A stretch of DNA of 62,673 nt, the filler included, from Rhabdomonas costata (lineage: Eukaryota): NCBI GenBank assembly GCA_019059605.1. It is 19 parts of 19 records of this genome, joined end to end, with 100 filler letters (N's around TTAATTAATTAA, not from the genome) between each part and the next. Parts side by side here need not be neighbours in the genome. Positions count along the whole stretch, not along the records: positions 52,784 to 55,976 come from JAHMHO010001202.1; positions 56,077 to 59,267 come from JAHMHO010001203.1; positions 59,368 to 62,673 come from JAHMHO010001204.1; 16 more parts are not named here. The stretch is one strand, 5' to 3'. The position numbers and the translations under genes are program-made. Under the pieces are notes generated by a model that saw nothing but the letters and a program-made list of their open reading frames with translations, did not search any database and was not told where the DNA came from. Shown here piece after piece: positions 54,636 through 62,673 of the stretch; the stretch's first letter is position 1, and each line of letters opens with the position of its first letter.

Positions 54636-57489
54636 GGCGTACCCCTGCACGGGGTCTATTTTTTGCAGGTCCCAGGGAGAAAAGAACTGCGAGTCTTCCC
54701 CAGAATAAAGTTACCCCCGCCAATTGGACAAAGTGTGTGTGTGTCGGTGGGTGGATTTGTTGTGACATCGTATGCGAATACCCAAGAACGCGTCTCCCAC
54801 ACAGGGCATATTTTTTCCTTGACAATTTCTGCTTGTCAAGGGGATGTGGGCAAAAAAAAGGCACGGGCCTTGCATATCAATTATACTAGATTCACACAGA
54901 CACGTCACGTCTCCTTCGGCGGCTTCAAGTCACTTCCGTCGCGTTTCGGTCAGGCATCGTCGCTGATCGTGACGGACGGCTGCCGCTGCGAACTGGAACT
55001 GGGAAGCTGGAAAAGAACTTCGAAAACTACGGTTGTGCGGATGGATCAGATTGGATCGGGTACAGATTGCGGGCTGTTGCGGAGCTGCTATCACTGCATC
55101 ACCGCCCTTGGACCGGACAGTATCCTCTGTGTGAACGTATCTGTGGGTGAGACAGAGAGAAAGTGGGAACGTGGCAGCACATGCGCTCTGGTGAAAAGCA
55201 CAGCAACCTTCGGTACGGCGGGAATGCCCACCAGAGCCGATCTGCGCCATCGCCGGCCAAGACACCACCTCACGCGGTCCTTTTTGTCAGAGCAGAGCTT
55301 CTTGGGATTGGGGTTACAGTGGGTCGGGCCGCTGAACAGGACCCTCGACCTGCTTCTGGAAACGGGAGCGATGGACTCTCGATGTACGCAACGGTAAATC
55401 CAAGACGGGAGGACAGAAGCAACCCGATAATAAATACCACGGTGAAAGCAGCTACTGTGAGAAAGATACCCACACGACCTCAGGAAACACAAAGCTGTTC
55501 CAGGATGCAGAAAAGGTACACAAGGATTCAGGTTTGGGAGCTTTTTTCGCACACCAGTCCGCTCGAAAACCACTCGGCAATCAGCAAGCCACTTGGCAGT
55601 TTTGTCGAAGGACATGGCCTCACTGACAACCAGATTTTAAGTGACACGTTGCGCCGCAACATCTCCAATTTCCCCCCTCCTTTCCCATTACTTGCGCTTG
55701 GCTTGCTGACCACATGCACCTTTGCCTAGTTTCTGTGAAAAGTAATCATAACCACAGGGAGGGAGTCACAAGAGGCTTCTTCGCAAGTTTTGATTGTCGT
55801 TACCGATTTTGGTCCACACAGGAAAGGAGCTGCGTCTCAGCTGTGTGGGTGGAAGACGCCTGAGACGCGTACCAGCTTCTCCATTGCGCCCGCCGGTCAT
55901 CTCCACGCGTTCTTCTCTCCTTTCTACCCAACGCAGCCCAAATTGGCCTAAGCAAAAAGGGGATGGGGGTAACGAGNNNNNNNNNNNNNNNNNNNNNNNN
56001 NNNNNNNNNNNNNNNNNNNNTTAATTAATTAANNNNNNNNNNNNNNNNNNNNNNNNNNNNNNNNNNNNNNNNNNNNGTTGTTTGTTTGACTTTCTTGCCT
56101 AACAGAAAACAATGAAATGAAACAATGAAAGATACTCCCACCGACCCACCAGTCGAAATGCAAGAAAGTCAAACGAGCAATTCCAGGGGTGAACAACTCA
56201 GGAGGGTCTGGAGCAACCTACTCACTTGCTTCATCAAATTCTCCTTTGCAAATACGTCTCGTTTTCTACGGGCTCCGTATGTGCGCTTCCAGCCGTGACA
56301 GCGTTTCCTTTCTCTTTTTACTCAGTGTGCGATCTTTACTTTCCGTTCCCTTCTGCCGCCCACGTCTCTTGTCCAGATTACTGCACTCTTTAAACCGTTC
56401 TGCGTGCCGCGCGAGCTGCCTGCAGAACACTTCACCACCGCGGCCCATTTGTATGAAGTTAATGTTTGCCGTTTGCTTTTCGTTCTCCGTTCGGGTTTGC
56501 CACTCACGTCTTTTTGTCCTGATTATTGCGTTCAGCTTTAGAGACCGTTCTGTGCCGCGCGAGTTCTCCGCCCTTCATCACCGCGGCCTGGTTGTTTGAC
56601 GTTTCTTGTTTCGAAAAACTGGACGTGATTGTAAATATTCTTTTCGTGAGGATTACGGGGTGCGCCATCCCGACCGTACTCTTGGCACCCCGTCTGTCGG
56701 GCATGCCCTGTGCAACTTTCTGTGAAAAATAAATAAAAAAAAATATTCTCCAAGAGAAAACATTGCAGAAAATTCGTTTCCGAAAAGCGGCACAAAGAAA
56801 ACATGCCTGCCTGCACAAAAACGAACAGCTAAAAATCGAAAAGAAAACATGCGACAAGATGCGGCAGAAAATCCCGACAGTCTAGATATGCAGAAAAAAA
56901 GCATTGACAACACTCGACTTAAAAAAGGGGCCATCACAAAAATAATGGACGATAATACACCATCTCGTGCACAAACGCTTGTCAGGTCCCTTCTTCTCCC
57001 TATTATGAATGGTTACCCTGGTTACCCTGAGCGTTTTGAAAATACTCCACTTCCACCACCAAGGGCGCCTGGGCCGTGTTTTAGACTCGTTTTTCGTCTG
57101 TTTTTGATCATTTTGAGGGGGCCCAGGGGAAAGGGGGTAAGAAGATGCAGAATTATTGTCCAGTTTATGCCCCTCTATTTCCAGTTAAGTAGAAGTAGAG
57201 TCAAATCACAACAACTACCTCCCCCTTCCTGCACTTTTTCCGAGCTGCTTCTGCCTCACGGGGTTTTTTTCCGCCGCGTGGTGACCACTGCACAGGAAAA
57301 ATTTGTTTACATTCTTTTCGTTTGCGACAGTTTCCGGTTGCAGTTTCCCGTAAATTATCGCCTTTTCCTTTTCTACAAACTATGACCAATGCTAATATGG
57401 AACAATATTTCGAGTTTTTTCAATTGCATTTTTCGCCTCCTAGCCCACTTGAGAGCACACAAACCGTGAATGTAAACCGCGCTGCTTAC

Positions 57490-58921
57490 TCCCAGGTACG
57501 CGGCGGTCGGGCTCCGGTAGAAACCCCCGGTAATGTACACTCGAGTGCCCTGCACAGCCAGCCCAGCCTCAGCTGTAGAAACTCCTGGGCCGAAAGTTGT
57601 CGGCGCCCACGTGACCCCGTCGACAGAAGTCCAGACGTCAGGAGCAACGCCCGAGTACCCCCGGCCTCCCACTATCCAAAGCCGGCCCAAAATGGAAACC
57701 AAGGAAGCGCCACAGCGGCCAGTAAACCCGGCATTGGAGGTTTGAAGTTTCCAATGGGCCCCATCGGAAGTGCTCCATACCTGCAGTAGATGGGCAATCC
57801 CTTCCTCAATGAGAAAGCAAAAGAAAGCGCTACTGTGCTGAGATTTTGCTTGTTTTTCTTGTTCTTGTCTTTCATCCCCTTTGCAGGTCGAAAACAAAGT
57901 TACCCCTTTGGAAGTTACCAAATTGACCAACGCTTAAGTGAATTCACCTGCAATTTTCTTTTACGCAAAAGTTTAACGTCACTGGGTCACCACAGTCAGT
58001 GAAAGGCAGTGGAAAGGAATGGAGACTACCCATCGCACAACCTTGGAGAGCTAGAGAAAGAATGCTATTCAAATGCAGATTACATTACACTGCCCAAACA
58101 AAAACAGCCGATGCGGCCGAGAGCCATTAGCCGGGGGATGGTTTTTGTACATACGTTGTGGGTGCGACAATCTTCCATAACAAAAGCAACCGATTGGATA
58201 CTATTCGCGAAAATCTCCAAAACGACCCAAGATCAAACAAAAATCTTTTTACTGCTTCAGCCCCTTCCATTTGTGGGACCGCCTATAACCACAATGCTCA
58301 GCAGATTATCCATAAAAAAAAGAGTGGGGCGTGCGGACGCAGGGCAATTTACATCTTTGCAGAAGAGACCGAAGTCGCAGCGTCCCCCGACTAGCCACAT
58401 CAGCCCGTTGTGCACTGCTACAGAGAGGGAAGAGCGGGCCTCAAAGCCTGCAGAGGCGTTCACGAGACTCCAACTTCCGCTCAAACCACTGCGGCTGCTC
58501 CACACATCCCTCAGGGAGGGCCCTTCTAAATTCCAACCCGCCAACACCCAAACTTTATCCTGGAAAACCACTGTGCCATGATTGCTGCGAGGCGAAAAGC
58601 TGCGGGAACCGCTGGCAATCTGCTTCCACAGTACAGCCGAGTTGCCCCTCCACACATCACTGCTGAAAGGATATCCTCCTATCACCAACAGCTCTTCGTC
58701 GACAACGGCACAAGTGTGGCCACGGCGAGGGCTGAACGGTGCCGAGCGGGTTTCCAACACCCAGCTAATACCATCATTGCTGCTCCACACGTCATTTAGG
58801 ACGTCACCGAGTTCGGACCAACCCGCGACCACCAATAGTTGTTCTTGGAACACTGCCGAGCAGTGCTGGCCTCGGGGAGTCCACCCCGCGTTGCGAGTGA
58901 GCACCTTCCAACCATAAGGCA
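57490..58921 (-). CDS. Kelch-like beta-propeller repeat protein, partial
   Basis: Exons 58921-58353 and 57780-57490 carry six repeats of (W/F)xPRxxHxxxVxxxxLxVxGG..DVWSSxDGxxW. Confidence 0.85.
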
Positions 58922-59830
58922 CTATGTTACCACGGAAACAGACAATGAATACTCCCCGCGCCATCAAGTCCCAGGTCAAGTCACACAAAGCTTCAGACGA
59001 AACAAAACATTGGCCAGTTCAATCCGAAACTCACACCAGACTTGCTCACATAGTGGACTGCAGTACCGTAATCCGGTTTCTTTCAAGACCCCCTCCTTAA
59101 AACATACAAAATTTTCTGACCAGAGCCACAAAAAGCTAGTCCACTTCGGAATTTACGATTGTTCTTGAGAGCACGGCCCAATCCACCTTGAGCTGGCTTT
59201 CGCTTTCCTCCGCATCCACAGGTGAAGAAGAAACAAAGAGAGACAGATAATTAAAAACACCCCCCCCNNNNNNNNNNNNNNNNNNNNNNNNNNNNNNNNN
59301 NNNNNNNNNNNTTAATTAATTAANNNNNNNNNNNNNNNNNNNNNNNNNNNNNNNNNNNNNNNNNNNNGTTTTTTTGGGATTTCCTCTCTCGACTAACGCT
59401 ATTCGCTTCGCCCATGTTGGTTTTTGTCCATGAGCCAGTGAACATTTCTGCGCATTTGCATGCCACGGCTCAGTCCCCCCCCCCATGCTCCTCATTTCAG
59501 CTGCCTTTCAAATCATCGAATGAACTGTCGACAGGTTATTTGTCAACATTCTGCCAACACTTGCCCTCAACTTATTTGAAGGCATTCGGGGCTTCGGGAG
59601 GGGCAGGGTCGGAAAAAGAGTGAATGCCCAAAGCAAACTCGTGAACTGACATTCCGATGCAACACGACATTCCATAGCAACAAAAGGAAGGTGAACGGCA
59701 AAGCACAGTCTCCGAATATTGCACAACAAGCAAAGCAGAGTCCTGGTTCGTCCTCACACGTACAGAGGCGCAAAAGTGCAGATCTGCGCGATCACACGAA
59801 AAGTCACCGGGAGCAGCCCTTCCGCAGTGA

Positions 59831-60397
59831 TCACATCCGCTTTCGGTGCTCAGTAATGACAGAAAACTTGTCCACAACCTCACTCATTGCATGGCATCCC
59901 TTTGTCAACAAGCCTGCAGCGAAAGGCAGGGAGCCGTTGCGAAAATACGGGGGTGGTTGCAGAGGCTATGGACCAACTTTGCAAGGCCTTGGTGGCGGCC
60001 ACCAACAGAACGGACCGGGCACAAAGTACTGAAGATGGTTTCGGGTACCTCTGATGTTGCCCAATCCGTTTCCTACGCTGGGCGATGTTCATATTCATAA
60101 TCCAACAGCTGCCGAATCGTGATTTTTAAAGAACATCAGGATTTTGTTCCAGCGAAGGAAGCCGAAAACAACAGCAATCAACAGCAAGCAAGAAGACCAA
60201 AGATCTAAAGAGAGACAACGAAAGAAGTGGGAGCCAGGGAAGAGGGGGACAGCTGAGCATACCCAAATAGGAGATCAACAGGGCATCCTGGTGCCCAGTC
60301 TGGTATGCTGCGGTGAACTTTTCAGAGTCCATTGCGGGGAGCTTGTTGCACAGTGACTTGATGGATCGAAGAAGGCTCAGGTTCCGCGGGTGCTCCC
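59831..60397 (-). CDS. CSN6: COP9 signalosome subunit 6, last two exons
   Basis: Exon 60397-60263 reads LLRSIKSLCNKLPAMDSEKFTAAYQTGHQDALLISYLG. Exon 59913-59831 reads LLTKGCHAMSEVVDKFSVITEHRKRM-TGA. Confidence 0.75.
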
Positions 60398-60745
60398 CTT
60401 CACCCCCACCCTCCCAAATGCTTTGGTTCATCGCTTCACCAACACCATCCACAAGCAAAAGCAATTATTCGAGGTCTGTTTCTGTTTTATTCCGGTTCAA
60501 AGTTCGATGCAATTCAAAATTCAATATGCCCTAAACCCGAAACAGGCACTTCTCCTTCAAACCGCGCGTAAGCGCAGACCCCCCACAAACTAGTGCACTG
60601 GAAACAAGATGTCAAAAAATAAAAATAAAAATTTGAACATACTCTTCACTTCTGGTGGTGGGTATATGATACCCGAAACCGAATTTTCTTCCATTTTTCA
60701 AAATCGTTGAAAAGGATTGCAGCGACGACGTCACGTAAAACAACA

Positions 60746-61780
60746 ATGGCTTGCTCGTTGTGTCTCCTGGTTCTGTGTTTCGCTACAGCTGGAGCTCTGA
60801 AAGGTCCCAGATTAAGATCTGGAACATGTTATGTTGCAGACGCAAAGCCATATTTAATCTGGACGTATGTATTTGTTTCCTCGTTGCAACTTCCATGCGC
60901 CGGGTCTGCGCCAAAATTAAATAGAGCACACACCCAAGTGAGTTTTTTTTGATTTCGTTTCTTCAGGGTCATGCCCAAAGATAAGTGGGCCACATGCCTT
61001 CCGGGCTTCCTCTGCCCATTTATCAACCCCCTGAACATTTCCACATGGCCTGCGATCTGCACCCCTAGTCCTGATTGTGCGATACAGCGGCTGAAACGGA
61101 ATTTGTGTGGGCAACAAGGTCCTTTCGAACCTATCGTGTGTCCGGAGGGGCACTATTGCCCAGACTTCAAGACGTACAAGGTGCCTGCTCGCACATTGTT
61201 CGTCTTCTAGAAAGAAATGTCAGTTGAATGTAAACGGTGGACCAGATGAAGCCGTCAGGTCTGGAAGGATCAGTATTTGGCTTTCTTTTGGATATATGAA
61301 CAGGAAGTGTGACGAAAGTTTGGCTGGGTCTGGCTGGGTCTAACACGAAGATTAGAAATGACGTGCCAGCTGCTCCACCCTGCACATCGCCTGGCATTGG
61401 GGCGTCAGTCTTCTTCGCACCTCTTCCGGTCCGCTCCTGAAAAGTTGAATGAACACATCCGAGTTCCGGCTGTCCTGTTTTTCAAACAGATCTGCCCCAA
61501 AGGCCACTTCTGTCCCATGGGGTCCATTGAGCCCCTTCGCTGTCCGCCGCTGGCGTGGTGCCCAGAGGGCTCGTATAAAAGGACCTACAAGTTCTCCCTG
61601 TGCATCACAGCAATGATCGACATCCTGCTGCTTGGCTTAGTTGTCGCGTATGTCACGTGGTCGTGTGGACGAGCTGGGGGCGATCTCAAAACGCACTTCT
61701 TTTGTCTAATTCTGTTGTAGGAATGTTTAGTGTCTTTTACAAACATCAGCAAGGGAGCTGGATGCGGAACCGTAGGCGAC
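60746..61780 (+). CDS. Signal peptide, Cys-rich ectodomain and TM helix, resembling the N-terminus of ABCG24/28-type half transporters; 3'-partial
   Basis: Exons 60746-60864, 60967-61180, 61490-61647 and 61731-~61780 splice in frame: CLPGFLCP..QGPFEPIVCPEGHYCP|ICPKGHFCPMGSIEPLRCPPLAWCPEGS..TM. The ABC domain is not in the window. Confidence 0.65.
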
Positions 61781-61851
61781 GTGCGATAATTAGCATAACA
61801 ACAAACCCATGATAACTGAAGTTTTCGCGTGCTTTTCCGGTCTTGCTTGAA

Positions 61852-61852
<1 letters not shown>

Positions 61853-61902
<50 letters not shown>
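61853..61902 (+). repeat. (CA)25 microsatellite
   Basis: Perfect CA run. Confidence 0.95.
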
Positions 61903-61904
<2 letters not shown>

Positions 61905-62673
61905 CACATGTGTGTGTGTCACATGTGACTGCGTCACCGTGCTTTTGTGTTATCCCTTTTCCAGGGAGTACGCGCGGGCGGGAAAACAGAAGAAAACAAG
62001 CGAATTTGCTTTGGGTGTCTTGCACTTTGATTTTTGGTGGTAAAGAATCAAGCCTTTACTCATGACCACCCACACCCACACCAAACGCCTGAGCTTGACC
62101 TCATTCTACCCACGTTAAGCCACACATCTGCCAATGCGACCAAAAACTACCGAAATCTCCCGAGGTCCCCCCAACACCCATTATTCCAAATCCAAAGCAT
62201 ATGCCACCAACCAACCTACCAACACCGCCACCCAACATACCAAAATCTCACACGCTCCAACCCACGCAATCACGCGCATAGCCCATCCTACGCTCCACAT
62301 CCACCACAACTCCAGAAACAAGCCAAATCGTTGCAGCGAGAAGGCAAGAAGAATGCCAACACCAAGAGCCGACATATCCCTACCACATACCCACACAGAC
62401 GCTACACACCCTCAGTACTCACTCCCTCACCCAACTGTCCAGCACCAACTCTACCACCCTACCTACATACGTACACCACATACCCAGATACACCACCACA
62501 CATCAACCCATCAACGCAACGCTCACCAAACCACCCAAACCCAACCAAGAGCGAACAGGCAAGATCCCATGCACCATCCTACACTACCCCATTAACAACA
62601 TCCAACCACCATAACCCAACCAACCTAGCATTCCCACCCAACTCAACAATATCTGACACCTCTACACAAAACA

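Noticed and set aside
54504..55397. Long ORFs from the track (297 aa here; also 49920-50708, 14412-15077 and 21453-22235)
   Set aside because: They are antisense or out-of-frame shadows of exons, or intron read-through, with no recognisable domain.
62065..62673. G-poor, A/C-rich tail with a His/Thr/Pro-rich ORF
   Set aside because: It follows a (CA)n run at the window end and looks like degraded read sequence. It has no regular repeat unit or telomere motif.
1..62673. Euglenid non-conventional introns, SL-RNA, rRNA, tRNA, CRISPR
   Set aside because: Every well-supported gene model closes with GT(GC)-AG, and I recognised none of these RNA genes or arrays by eye.

Overview
Not a continuous locus. 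The window holds 19 short (~3.2 kb) eukaryotic draft contigs joined by 18 artificial 100-bp spacers (N44-TTAATTAATTAA-N44). The DNA is intron-dense, with short GC-rich exons and GT-AG introns whose donors are mostly GTNY rather than GTRAG. This suggests a euglenid-like protist (inference). I spliced these partial genes by hand: GT61-like glycosyltransferase, ICME-like esterase, DCAF7/WDR68, tandem-USP protein, L-aspartate oxidase NadB, ovothiol synthase OvoA, PP1, RINT-1/Tip20, class III nucleotidyl cyclase, YIPF6, TM9SF, CFIm25/NUDT21, a kelch-like propeller, CSN6 and an ABCG-type Cys-rich protein. Notable items are an in-frame TAA at a conserved Tyr of RINT-1, a frameshift in PP1, an ABCG-like gene apparently nested antisense in a CSN6 intron, intron-bearing bacterial-type NadB and kelch genes, a TA-flanked MITE, two dispersed repeat families and unusual splice signals. 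I found no rRNA, tRNA, SL-RNA or CRISPR, and I cannot support a new multi-gene system, because adjacency across spacers carries no biological meaning. All family calls come from recalled motifs, not database searches.
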